From positions 1 to 53,769 of the IMG/VR virus record IMGVR_UViG_3300021197_002023: DNA of 53,769 nucleotides. The stretch is one strand, 5' to 3'. The DNA comes from a virus. Lineage: Duplodnaviria > Caudoviricetes. The notes under the pieces were generated by a model. That model did not search any database and was not told the origin of the DNA. It worked only from the letters and a program-made list of their open reading frames with translations. Shown piece by piece: positions 7,682 to 16,948 of the stretch. Positions within the stretch are counted from its first letter, which is position 1. Each line of letters opens with the position of its first letter. Both the position numbers and the translations under genes were made by a program.

Positions 7682-9306
7682 TGAAAAGTATAATCCACAT
7701 AGCAGATTTTTACTCGACAGAGATTAGGGGAGGCGGCGAACTCGTAGATGAGATTGTCGTCTCTTCTCTCGTTGAAATAGGTTATTCTGTAACTAGAATA
7801 AAATCCAAGCAAGTAACAGAAAAGCTAATCAAAGACAACGCAGACAAGCTTTTTATTGTCTCTAACTTTGTTATGCTGCCCGGTATGTGTATCAACTTGC
7901 TACAAACTTGTGATTATGTGATTTACGAGCACGACCACAAATACATTGTCGGTAGAGATCCTTCCCCATATAAGGATCATAAAGTTCCAGCCAACAGATT
8001 GCTAAATCTGGACTTCTATCAGAATGCCAAAGCAGTGTTTGCTCAATCTAAACTACACGCTGAAGTAATCAGTAAAAACATTAGGGGAGCTAACGTAATC
8101 AATCTTGGCTGTTCTTTGTGGTCAGAGTCCGAACTTGAAACTCTGCAAGATTATGTAGATACGAAGAAGAATGGTAAGATGGCTGTACTTAATAGCACTA
8201 ATCAGATCAAAGGCACATATCAAGCAAAGGACTTCTGCCAGAAAAACAAAATCGATTACAACTTGATCGGCTCTCTCAGCTACGATGAATTCATTGGGCA
8301 ATTAGCCCAACACGATGGTTTGGTTTTTTTCTCGCAAGTTATGGAAACTTTCTGCCGCTTGGCTGTCGAAGCCCGTATCCTAAACTGTAAACTTAAAACG
8401 AATAATAACCTCGGCTGTGTAAGCGAGGAATGGTTCCCCAAATATAAAGGGCAAGAGCTTTTAGACTTCGTAAAGTCCCAAAAAACTGTGGTTATTGACA
8501 AAATTGTAGAGTCTCTGGAAAGCGAGAAAAGAGCCGAGACCACAGAGGCACCTATTACAGTTATTTTAAATGCTTATCGACGCCCATACAATCTCAAAAT
8601 GCAGATTGATGCGATCAGGAAGCAAACAACCAGACCAACACAGATTTGGCTGTGGGTAAACGACCACGAGGATAATCATGGATTTGACTTTAAGGAACTG
8701 GGCTTTGATAGAATTTGCCACAATGATTACAACTGGAAGTTCTATGGAAGGTTTGCCGCTGCTTTGTTGGCTGACACTGAATACGTAGCCATTTTTGACG
8801 ACGATACAATCCCCGGTGAAAAGTGGTTTGAAAACTGCTTGGAAACAATGAAAACTAACGAAGGCATCATGGGAAGCGCTGGATACGTTCAGACCGGCGC
8901 TAGGGCTATGCAATATGAACCTGAAAGATCAGGCTGGCCTCGACAAAACGAAGAAACAATGAGGGTTGACTATGTAGGTCACGCTTGGTTCTTTAAGCGC
9001 GAGTGGCTATCACACTTATGGAGAGAAAAGCCTCCAACTTGGGATAATGGAGAGGATATACATTTCTCCTACACAGCCCAGAAGTACGGGGGAATACAAA
9101 CTTATTGTCCTCCCCACCCACCAGAAGATAAAAGTTTACACGGGTCTTTACTTGGGTACGAACTTGGTGTAGACTCTAAAGCGACATCAAATAATCAAGC
9201 TGTTTCTCATCAACAGTTTTTTAGCGAGAGAGATAATTGCATAAACAACTCTCTTGTTGGCGGTTGGAAAACAGTACACAATATTAAACCAGAGGTACAA
9301 AAATGA
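7681..9306 (+). CDS. Two-domain glycosyltransferase: GT-B-like N-terminus fused to GT2/GT-A C-terminus
   Basis: N-terminal RGGGE...ETFCRLAVEARILNC; C-terminal ITVILNAYRRP, IFDDDTIP (DxD) and GEDIHFS. Confidence 0.8.
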   Translation: MKSIIHIADFYSTEIRGGGELVDEIVVSSLVEIGYSVTRIKSKQVTEKLIKDNADKLFIVSNFVMLPGMCINLLQTCDYVIYEHDHKYIVGRDPSPYKDHKVPANRLLNLDFYQNAKAVFAQSKLHAEVISKNIRGANVINLGCSLWSESELETLQDYVDTKKNGKMAVLNSTNQIKGTYQAKDFCQKNKIDYNLIGSLSYDEFIGQLAQHDGLVFFSQVMETFCRLAVEARILNCKLKTNNNLGCVSEEWFPKYKGQELLDFVKSQKTVVIDKIVESLESEKRAETTEAPITVILNAYRRPYNLKMQIDAIRKQTTRPTQIWLWVNDHEDNHGFDFKELGFDRICHNDYNWKFYGRFAAALLADTEYVAIFDDDTIPGEKWFENCLETMKTNEGIMGSAGYVQTGARAMQYEPERSGWPRQNEETMRVDYVGHAWFFKREWLSHLWREKPPTWDNGEDIHFSYTAQKYGGIQTYCPPHPPEDKSLHGSLLGYELGVDSKATSNNQAVSHQQFFSERDNCINNSLVGGWKTVHNIKPEVQK

Positions 9307-9854
9307 TTTGGAATGAAATACTTTGTTTAGGGGACTCTTTAACCTATGGAGCAAGAGATAGATACGGAAGGTCATATCCCGCAGAATTAGGAAAAATTCT
9401 TAGTGAAAAGACTGGTGAATTTTACATCTGCCATAACTACGGAATCAATGGGGAGACAAGTTCCGATTTATTGAGGCGATCATGGGGCATTATGAAATCA
9501 AACAGAAGCTGCAAGATTATGCTTCTTCTTATTGGTACAAATGATACAAAAAAGCCAATGCCAATTGAAGTTTACCGAGATAATCTTAGGCAAATCATCA
9601 TGTCTGCTAAGGCTAATGGAATGACTCCAATCGTCGGGACACTGCCAGAACTAGAATTCTCTCCTTATTATCAATCAAACAGAGAACATACAGACATCTA
9701 CTCAAAAGAGGTTATTAAGCTTTCAAAAGAATTGAAGTTTGAAGTTTGTGATATGTCTAAAATGGATGCGTACCTAATTGACGGCGTACATTTTGATAAC
9801 GAAGGGTATCACGAAATGGCATCTAGATTCGCAGATAAAATCTTGAGTATGTAA
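9303..9854 (+). CDS. SGNH/GDSL hydrolase (possible O-acetyl esterase or transferase)
   Basis: Blocks LGDSLT, GINGE, IGTND and DGVHF. Confidence 0.9.
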   Translation: MIWNEILCLGDSLTYGARDRYGRSYPAELGKILSEKTGEFYICHNYGINGETSSDLLRRSWGIMKSNRSCKIMLLLIGTNDTKKPMPIEVYRDNLRQIIMSAKANGMTPIVGTLPELEFSPYYQSNREHTDIYSKEVIKLSKELKFEVCDMSKMDAYLIDGVHFDNEGYHEMASRFADKILSM

Positions 9855-10594
9855 TGAAAATAGCACTAATAGGAAACACAAAGCAAACCAAAATAGGTCT
9901 TGAAAGGCTCGTCAAAGAGGGCTATGAAGTAACTCATGTCTTCGGATTGCCGGAAGACAAATCCGCCAATAAAGTAAATTTTGTTCCTTTGGGTGATTTT
10001 TGTTTAGAGCACAACATAGTGCTAGACACTAGCAACAATTGGGACAATTTGTTAGATATCGATTCAGACTTAGTAATATGTTTGGGTGACTCAAGGATTG
10101 TTCCTGAGCGTGTTTTAGAAGAACACAAGGTTATAGGCAATCATGGAGCAGTTTTGCCCTATGTTCAAGGTGGTGCTTCTTATGTCTGGGGCAGGATGCT
10201 CAACACTGGGACATGGGGAATTTCTATCATGGAATTAGACAAGGTAGTTGACGCTGGCAAGATCTTGGTAACAAAGGAGTTTCAATATCAGCCTGAATGC
10301 TCTATGGAAGAATTCTGCGATAATGCTGACAGTTTAACGATTGACGCTTTATTCGAATATCTCAATGATGATTATAAGCCTAGAGAAAATTCAAAATGGA
10401 ATATAAAGATAGCAAGACATACAGATAGTAAATTTGTTGTTGATACTTTGAGGCAAACATTAGAAAACGGCAAAAATATTTATCTTCCCCCTCGTAGACC
10501 AATTGATTCGGATGTGAAATCTGAGTGGGAAGAAGAGTTTGTTGATGCTTTTAAAAAAGCAAATAATTCCCCATACCCAAGGTGGACGGAGTGA
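9854..10594 (+). CDS. Formyltransferase-like protein (putative sugar N-formyltransferase)
   Basis: Fmt-type N-terminal domain: MKIALIG, IGNHGAVLPYVQGGAS, GISIMELDKVVDAGKI. Confidence 0.75.
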   Translation: MKIALIGNTKQTKIGLERLVKEGYEVTHVFGLPEDKSANKVNFVPLGDFCLEHNIVLDTSNNWDNLLDIDSDLVICLGDSRIVPERVLEEHKVIGNHGAVLPYVQGGASYVWGRMLNTGTWGISIMELDKVVDAGKILVTKEFQYQPECSMEEFCDNADSLTIDALFEYLNDDYKPRENSKWNIKIARHTDSKFVVDTLRQTLENGKNIYLPPRRPIDSDVKSEWEEEFVDAFKKANNSPYPRWTE

Positions 10595-11595
10595 AATTTC
10601 TAATAGCATTCGGAACAAGACCAGAGTGGATTAAATTAAAACCTGTCATTGATATGTTTGACGATAAGGGTATTGCATATAAAACTCTTTTCTCGGGACA
10701 ACACGTTGATCTACTCCCCAAACAAGTCATTGATTCTGTTGACATGAAGTTAAAAATCAATGATGGTCCCAACAGATTAGACTCTATCGTTGGCTCTGTT
10801 ATGGTTGATTCAGGTATTTGGGACGACGATATAACTCACGTTATGATTCAAGGCGATACTACATCTGCTTTTGCTATTGCGCTAGCAGCATTTCATAGGA
10901 AATTAAAGGTCGTCCATTTAGAAGCGGGACTAAGAACATATAACATTTGGGATCCCTACCCAGAAGAGTTTAATCGTCAAGCAATTTCAAGACTTACCGA
11001 TCTACATCTTTGCCCGACTGAACTTTCCAGTATATACCTGTCTAACGAAAAGGTTGCAGGTAGGATTGAAATGGTTGGCAACACTGTGCTGGATAATCTA
11101 CGAGACGTTAAAACAGAATATACTAATAAAGTTGTTGTAACGATGCATCGTCGTGAAAATCATGAGATAATTGATCGTTGGTTTAAGGAAATTGATAAGA
11201 TTGCAGAAGCAAATAAAGACTTGGAATTTATCATTCCCATGCACCCAAATCCAAACGTGCAAAAACACAAACATCTATTAAAAAACCTTAAAATTGTTGA
11301 GCCAATGGAGTATAATGAATTCATAAAGTTATTGGCTCAAACAAGGCTCGTTATTAGCGATTCTGGCGGCTTACAAGAAGAAACTTCTTTCCTAAAAAAG
11401 AAATGTATTGTCTGCCGAAAAACAACTGAAAGACTTGAGGGTGTCAATACTTTTGCTTTTATGTGTCTAGAGCCGGAAGGGTTAGAAAAAATCTTTAATC
11501 AAGTCAACGCAGATCACATACCTGTCGGAGACTGCCCTTACGGAGACGGATACGCTGCTGAAAAAGTGTATGAGGTCTTAAAGGATGAAGTTTGA
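10591..11595 (+). CDS. wecB: UDP-N-acetylglucosamine 2-epimerase (non-hydrolysing)
   Basis: FGTRPEWIK, GQH, QGDTTSA, HLEAGLRT, PEEFNR, HRREN, DSGGLQEE; GTG 10591 overlaps the upstream stop (GTG 10582 is an alternative). Confidence 0.93.
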   Translation: MKFLIAFGTRPEWIKLKPVIDMFDDKGIAYKTLFSGQHVDLLPKQVIDSVDMKLKINDGPNRLDSIVGSVMVDSGIWDDDITHVMIQGDTTSAFAIALAAFHRKLKVVHLEAGLRTYNIWDPYPEEFNRQAISRLTDLHLCPTELSSIYLSNEKVAGRIEMVGNTVLDNLRDVKTEYTNKVVVTMHRRENHEIIDRWFKEIDKIAEANKDLEFIIPMHPNPNVQKHKHLLKNLKIVEPMEYNEFIKLLAQTRLVISDSGGLQEETSFLKKKCIVCRKTTERLEGVNTFAFMCLEPEGLEKIFNQVNADHIPVGDCPYGDGYAAEKVYEVLKDEV

Positions 11596-12361
11596 AGAAG
11601 ATTTTTTTAATCTACTCGGTAAATTAAAGCGCAACGAGCCATTTGCATACACTCGCTTTTCTGATGGCGAGATCTGCGTCATGCAAGACAAAGAATTAAA
11701 ACTTGCAGATGATCATGTTGTAATGGGAGAAACTCATTATAACTTTGGATATTCATCCGACGACCATAAGCATTACGATCCAAAACAGCACGGCTTTTTA
11801 AAAGATGCTCTAATAGAAGCATATAAATACAAAAAAGAAAACTATTTTGTCGGTGGCATTTGTAAGGGATGTACTTGTGCATCAAAAGAGTTTGCCCCAT
11901 GGATGCATGAACTATATGGTCAGGTCGACGACAACTTAACTTCAACAAATCTGCTTGTTAACTCAAACTATCCTCTGTTTGTTGGTCACTTTATCCCTGA
12001 GTTAAAAAAGAAAAAAGTTGTCTTTATCTGTAGTGAGAACTCTGACCTATCTAACAGTGGGCTTGACGTTATAAAAGATTTTCGTGTAGGAAAAAATTGT
12101 ATTGTCAATGACCACCACTTGATTGGCGAGATTAAAAAGTGGGTAGATGAGAACAAGATAACAGATCATGTATTTTTGTTCTCTGCAAGCAGCTTAAGTG
12201 AGGTTCTTATTTATGAACTTTTCAAGCACAACGATAAAAATACGTATATTGATATCGGTACAACTTTGCATCCTTATATTGGACTAACAATCGAAAGAGA
12301 TTATCTTAGGGCTTACCACAATAACTCATTCCACCCTGATCTTTTTAGCTCGTGTGTATAG
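11585..12361 (+). CDS. GT-D fold (DUF1792-like) putative glycosyltransferase
   Basis: YTRFSDGE near the N-terminus and YIDIGT near the C-terminus resemble the RFGDGE and IDIGH motifs of GT-D. Confidence 0.6.
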   Translation: MKFEEDFFNLLGKLKRNEPFAYTRFSDGEICVMQDKELKLADDHVVMGETHYNFGYSSDDHKHYDPKQHGFLKDALIEAYKYKKENYFVGGICKGCTCASKEFAPWMHELYGQVDDNLTSTNLLVNSNYPLFVGHFIPELKKKKVVFICSENSDLSNSGLDVIKDFRVGKNCIVNDHHLIGEIKKWVDENKITDHVFLFSASSLSEVLIYELFKHNDKNTYIDIGTTLHPYIGLTIERDYLRAYHNNSFHPDLFSSCV

Positions 12362-12745
12362 ATGGAATTAATAAAAAATAAAAAACAATATTGGGAATTT
12401 ATTAGGAACCTTCGCAACCATGAAGAGGTAAAGACCGGCTTTATTCAGCAAGAAAATATAACTGCACTTCGACATTATATGCACATGATGCTTCGCGAAC
12501 AGTGTTATTATATCTGTTTAGTCGAGGAAAAGCCAGCAGGTTATGTCGGTGTAATTGAAAAAGACATCAGGGTGGCTACACACCCAGATTTTCAAGGGCA
12601 AGGTGTTGGAAAGTTTATGATTAATGAACTCATGAAAATACACCCTAATGCTTTTGCAAAGGTAAAGTTAGAGAATGAAGCAAGTATGAGATTGTTTAAG
12701 GCTTGTGGATTTAAAGAAAAATATTATATTTTGGAGAAGGAATAA
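12362..12745 (+). CDS. GNAT acetyltransferase (PseH-like)
   Basis: LRNHEEV N-terminus, motif A HPDFQGQGVG, and NEASMRLFKACGF. Confidence 0.85.
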   Translation: MELIKNKKQYWEFIRNLRNHEEVKTGFIQQENITALRHYMHMMLREQCYYICLVEEKPAGYVGVIEKDIRVATHPDFQGQGVGKFMINELMKIHPNAFAKVKLENEASMRLFKACGFKEKYYILEKE

Positions 12746-13365
12746 TGCTGCATAATCCATATAAAGTAGTTCAAATGTTTGAAGAAGAGGTTGCACATTA
12801 TACAGGTGCTCCATATGCTGTATCTGTAAATAGTTGCACAAATGCCTTGTTTTTAGCTTGTAAGTGGTATAATATAGTAGACAAAGAAGTGGTAATTCCA
12901 AATAGAACTTACCTTTCACCTCCTCAATCAATTATGCAAGCAGGTGGAAAATTAGTATTCGAGAACGTTAAGTGGCAGGGCATTTATCAATTAAAGCCTT
13001 TTCCAATTTATGATGCAGCAAAGAGGTTAACATCAAATATGTACATCCCCGGAACAATGATGTGTTTGTCATTTCATATTAAAAAACATCTTAAAATTGG
13101 AAAAGGTGGCATGATTTTGCTTGATGATATTGAGGCAGTAAAATGGTTAAAGGCACGACGTTATGAAGGTAGAACTGACGGTATGAGATATCACGAGGAT
13201 ATGATTGATGAAGAGGGCTGGAATATGTATATGACTCCAGAACAAGCAGCGAGAGGTCTAACTCTTATGCAAAATTATCCCGAGCATATGCCCGACATCC
13301 CAGAAGATCCTCCATATAAAGATTTAACAGAATTTGATTTATTTAAAGATGTAGAGGTAAGATAA
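12745..13365 (+). CDS. DegT/DnrJ/EryC1/StrS PLP aminotransferase, short form (206 aa)
   Basis: FEEEVAHYTGAPYAVSVNSCTNAL, YDAA, SFHIKKHLKIGKGG with the catalytic Lys, GWNMYM. Confidence 0.8.
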   Translation: MLHNPYKVVQMFEEEVAHYTGAPYAVSVNSCTNALFLACKWYNIVDKEVVIPNRTYLSPPQSIMQAGGKLVFENVKWQGIYQLKPFPIYDAAKRLTSNMYIPGTMMCLSFHIKKHLKIGKGGMILLDDIEAVKWLKARRYEGRTDGMRYHEDMIDEEGWNMYMTPEQAARGLTLMQNYPEHMPDIPEDPPYKDLTEFDLFKDVEVR

Positions 13366-14250
13366 GTGATCACATTTGTTGAGCTTGGTAAATATGGTCG
13401 CTTAGGAAATCAATTATTTCAGTATGCTATGCTGCGCTCTGTATCTATAGAGACAGGGTTCGAGATGAAAATACCAGACCCATCAGAAATATATTGGGCA
13501 GGCTTGAAAAGCCAACCTTGCCTTCTAACAAAATACAATATTCAATGCGATTATTTACAAGATGATGATTTGGAAAAAATAAAACACACGTTTCATGAGC
13601 CAAATCATACACTTTATTACCCACAAGTGTTCGACATACCGGATAATGTTAATTTTCACGGGTATTTTCAAAACAGCCAATATTTTATCAAACATCAAGC
13701 TGTAATCAGAAAAGATCTGGGATTGATTGGTGATTTAGAAGAATCTGCAAAAGAATATATTAATAATTTTAGAACTAGTAATGAGAAAATTGTTAGTGTC
13801 CACTTTAGAAGGGGAGATAACACAGACGGGTCTGGGGGGATAGTTAAGGATTATTATGGCAAAAGTGACACCTTAACAAAAGAAAGTATATTTGGTAGTT
13901 ATTTCTTTAGAGCACTAGAGCATTTTGATAATCATAATGTTAAGTTTTTAGTTTTTTCGGGCGGATCTCAAAAAGGTATGAATCACAACCAGAGTGATAT
14001 TGATTGGTGTAGAGAGAACATAAAAGATGATAGATTCGTTTATTGTGAGGGCAGATCCGACATAGAAGATTTTGCAGCAATGAAAAACTGTGATCACCAT
14101 ATTGCCTCTCACCAAACTTCATTTGGCTATTGGGCTGCTTTTTTGAACGATAAAGAAGATAAAATTGTAATTGCGCCAAAAAATTATACAATACCAGATG
14201 ATGGAAGAGTAGAAAGAGGCTTCTATCCTAGCACTTGGAGAGTTATATAA
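13366..14250 (+). CDS. GT11 alpha-1,2-fucosyl/colitosyltransferase
   Basis: GRLGNQLFQYA, GYFQ, VHFRRGD, TSFGYWAA. Confidence 0.9.
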   Translation: MITFVELGKYGRLGNQLFQYAMLRSVSIETGFEMKIPDPSEIYWAGLKSQPCLLTKYNIQCDYLQDDDLEKIKHTFHEPNHTLYYPQVFDIPDNVNFHGYFQNSQYFIKHQAVIRKDLGLIGDLEESAKEYINNFRTSNEKIVSVHFRRGDNTDGSGGIVKDYYGKSDTLTKESIFGSYFFRALEHFDNHNVKFLVFSGGSQKGMNHNQSDIDWCRENIKDDRFVYCEGRSDIEDFAAMKNCDHHIASHQTSFGYWAAFLNDKEDKIVIAPKNYTIPDDGRVERGFYPSTWRVI

Positions 14251-14251
14251 G

Positions 14252-16180
14252 ATGAGAAATGTTTATCTTTTTGAATTATCTGACATATTTGCAAATCAAG
14301 TATATTTGCCCTATAGCTCTGGAGTCGTATGGTCCTACTGTAAGGCAAAGCCAGAAATAAGTGACAATTACCAACTTAAAGAGTGGTTTTATTATAGAGA
14401 AGAGTTAGATGATATACTTTCTAAAATAGAGAATCCTGATGTTTTGGGTTTTTCCTGCTTTATGTGGAATTGGAACTTAAATTGCGACATAGCCAAGAGC
14501 GTAAAGGAGAAATACCCAGACTGCCTAATTGTTTTTGGAGGTCAGCATCAGCCAATGCAGGATAGGAGTGATAGTTTTTTTGAAGATCATCCATATGTTG
14601 ATCTCTTAGTTCATCACGAGGGAGAGCAATCTTTCCACGAAATCCTTAAAGAAAACCTAAGCAAATTCCCAGACTACACGAGTATTCTTGGATGCACTGT
14701 TAATATTGGTGGCAAGGAAGTCACTGCCCCTCCAAGACCTAGGATGGATGATATTCAAAACGTTCCGAGTCCATTTTTGGATGGGTCTTTTGATAGGATA
14801 TTATCCAGTAACGACAGGGGTTTGGCTTATAATGTTAGCGTAGAATCCAATAGAGGTTGCCCATTTAGTTGTGCATTTTGTGAGATTGGAGAGCAATACT
14901 ACGCGAAAGTTAAAACAAGTTATGAAAAAACTAGAAAAGAAATTGAATGGATAGCAGAGAATAAAATTGAATATGTAACAGACGCTAGTTCAAATTTCGG
15001 ACTGAAATATCAAGACGATTATGATTTGGCTATGTTTGTCAAAGGGGTGAAAGAGAAAACAGGTTATCCACACGCTTACAGGGTAACTTGGCTTAAGGGA
15101 AAGGCAGATAAGGTTCTTAACATAGCAAAGGTATTTGAAGAAGCAAAAGCTCAAAAAGGTATGACTATTGCTCTACAGTCTATGAACCCTGATGTATTGA
15201 AGGCGATTAAAAGAAAGAATATTGATGATGGTAAATTAAAAGACTTCATTGAATTATATGAGGGAGAGGGTATAGGCAGCTATGTTGAATTGATCTGGGG
15301 TCTCCCAGAGGAAACTGTTGAAACTTTTAAAGATGGCATAGCACAAATCATGGAGTATGGATATCACAATTATTTGGATATTCACCTGATGATGTTGCTG
15401 CCCAATGCTCCAATCGCTTCTCAACAATATGTTGAAAAGTATGGTATTACAACCTCAACCACTCAGCCAAGATTTTCTCATAGGCACATTACTGAAAAAC
15501 TTAGTAACGACACAGTGGAATTTATTACAAAGACAGACAAACTCACTGAGGAAGACTGGATAGAAGGTCACCAGTTTAGATGGGCAATTATTTTTGGTCA
15601 TTATCTTGGACCAATGCAGTTTATATCTAGGGCAATGAATAAGATATATAATGTTCCATTGAAAGAATTTTATAGTAATTTTATTGACTTTGCTAAAAAA
15701 AATAAAAATACTTTTATTGGTAAAGAATATCACACTATCAAGGGTGATCTAAGAAATATTATAGACAATAAAAGACATTGGGGCTATGTTATAGACGGCG
15801 CTGGAGATATTAACTGGGCTGTTGATGAATCAACTTGTATTAGAATAGCAAAGGGCAATAACAAAGACAAGTTTTATAAAGAAATGAAACTCTTTTTGGA
15901 TAATTATTATCCAGATATTGACGAGGATATTGTTAAAGAAGTTTTCAAATACCAATACAATAGATTAAGTGATCCAAATAGGTCGTACCCTTTTGAAGAA
16001 AACTTCTCCTACAATATTCATGATGTAATTGAGAAGGGAGAAAAACTTCAAAAGAAAGTAAATAAAATAAAATTTAATTCTAAAAATTACAATTCCGATC
16101 TCTTTAACTGGGCTAAAGAAGTTCTTTGGTACGGTCGCAGGGTGGGAAGATATAAGGCAACAGCGGAGTTAGTAGCATGA
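14252..16180 (+). CDS. Cobalamin-binding radical SAM enzyme (class B methyltransferase-like)
   Basis: N-terminal B12-binding domain (LPYS, DVLGFSCFMWN, IVFGG, HEGE); RGCPFSCAFC (CxxxCxxC); LQSMNPDVLKAIKRKN; ELIWGLPEET. Confidence 0.88.
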   Translation: MRNVYLFELSDIFANQVYLPYSSGVVWSYCKAKPEISDNYQLKEWFYYREELDDILSKIENPDVLGFSCFMWNWNLNCDIAKSVKEKYPDCLIVFGGQHQPMQDRSDSFFEDHPYVDLLVHHEGEQSFHEILKENLSKFPDYTSILGCTVNIGGKEVTAPPRPRMDDIQNVPSPFLDGSFDRILSSNDRGLAYNVSVESNRGCPFSCAFCEIGEQYYAKVKTSYEKTRKEIEWIAENKIEYVTDASSNFGLKYQDDYDLAMFVKGVKEKTGYPHAYRVTWLKGKADKVLNIAKVFEEAKAQKGMTIALQSMNPDVLKAIKRKNIDDGKLKDFIELYEGEGIGSYVELIWGLPEETVETFKDGIAQIMEYGYHNYLDIHLMMLLPNAPIASQQYVEKYGITTSTTQPRFSHRHITEKLSNDTVEFITKTDKLTEEDWIEGHQFRWAIIFGHYLGPMQFISRAMNKIYNVPLKEFYSNFIDFAKKNKNTFIGKEYHTIKGDLRNIIDNKRHWGYVIDGAGDINWAVDESTCIRIAKGNNKDKFYKEMKLFLDNYYPDIDEDIVKEVFKYQYNRLSDPNRSYPFEENFSYNIHDVIEKGEKLQKKVNKIKFNSKNYNSDLFNWAKEVLWYGRRVGRYKATAELVA

Positions 16181-16947
16181 CAAATAGAAATATAGCAAAT
16201 GAAATATCCGATTGGCTAAATGACTACCTCGATAAAAGCAAAATGCAATGCTTTGTTATTGGAGTATCGGGAGGAGTAGATTCTGCTCTTTCCTCCACTT
16301 TGTGTGCAATGACTGGCAAAAAAACATATATTGTAAATATACCAATCAACTCAAAAAAAGAAAACACTCACCTTTCACAGGTACATTGCGACTGGTTGTG
16401 TGAAAAATATGATAATGTCGAAGAAATTTATATAGATGCTAGCGATGCCTATAATTCTTTTGAAAAGATTTTTAAGGAAACTAGCGCACACAATTTACTA
16501 TCAAATGCTAATTCTAAATCTAGAATGAGAATGATGGTGCTGTATTATTTAGCCACATCTAAATCCGGTATTGTTGTTGGAACAGGAAATAAAGTTGAGG
16601 ATTTTGGTGTTGGATTTTTTACAAAACATGGCGATGGCGGTGTAGATATCAGCCCAATAGCGGATTTAACAAAAAGCGAAGTTAGGATGATGTCAAAATC
16701 TCTAGAAATTAGTGAGCAGATTTTGAATGCCCCACCTACTGATGGTCTATGGGATGATTCTAGAACGGATGAATCTCAAATAGGAGCATCATACGAGGAA
16801 CTAGAATGGGCTATGAAATACATTGAGATTGGAGAAAGTCAATTACTAAGCCCAAGGCAAGAAGAGGTTCTAAGCATTTACAATTTTTTTCATAACAAAA
16901 ATAAACACAAAATGGTAGACGTACCGATATACAAGGTTGGAGAATAA
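16177..16947 (+). CDS. nadE: NH3-dependent NAD+ synthetase
   Basis: GVSGGVDS, NSKSRMRM, VGTGNKVE, FTKHGDG, PIADLTK, PPTDGL. Confidence 0.9.
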   Translation: MTNRNIANEISDWLNDYLDKSKMQCFVIGVSGGVDSALSSTLCAMTGKKTYIVNIPINSKKENTHLSQVHCDWLCEKYDNVEEIYIDASDAYNSFEKIFKETSAHNLLSNANSKSRMRMMVLYYLATSKSGIVVGTGNKVEDFGVGFFTKHGDGGVDISPIADLTKSEVRMMSKSLEISEQILNAPPTDGLWDDSRTDESQIGASYEELEWAMKYIEIGESQLLSPRQEEVLSIYNFFHNKNKHKMVDVPIYKVGE

Positions 16948-16948
16948 G

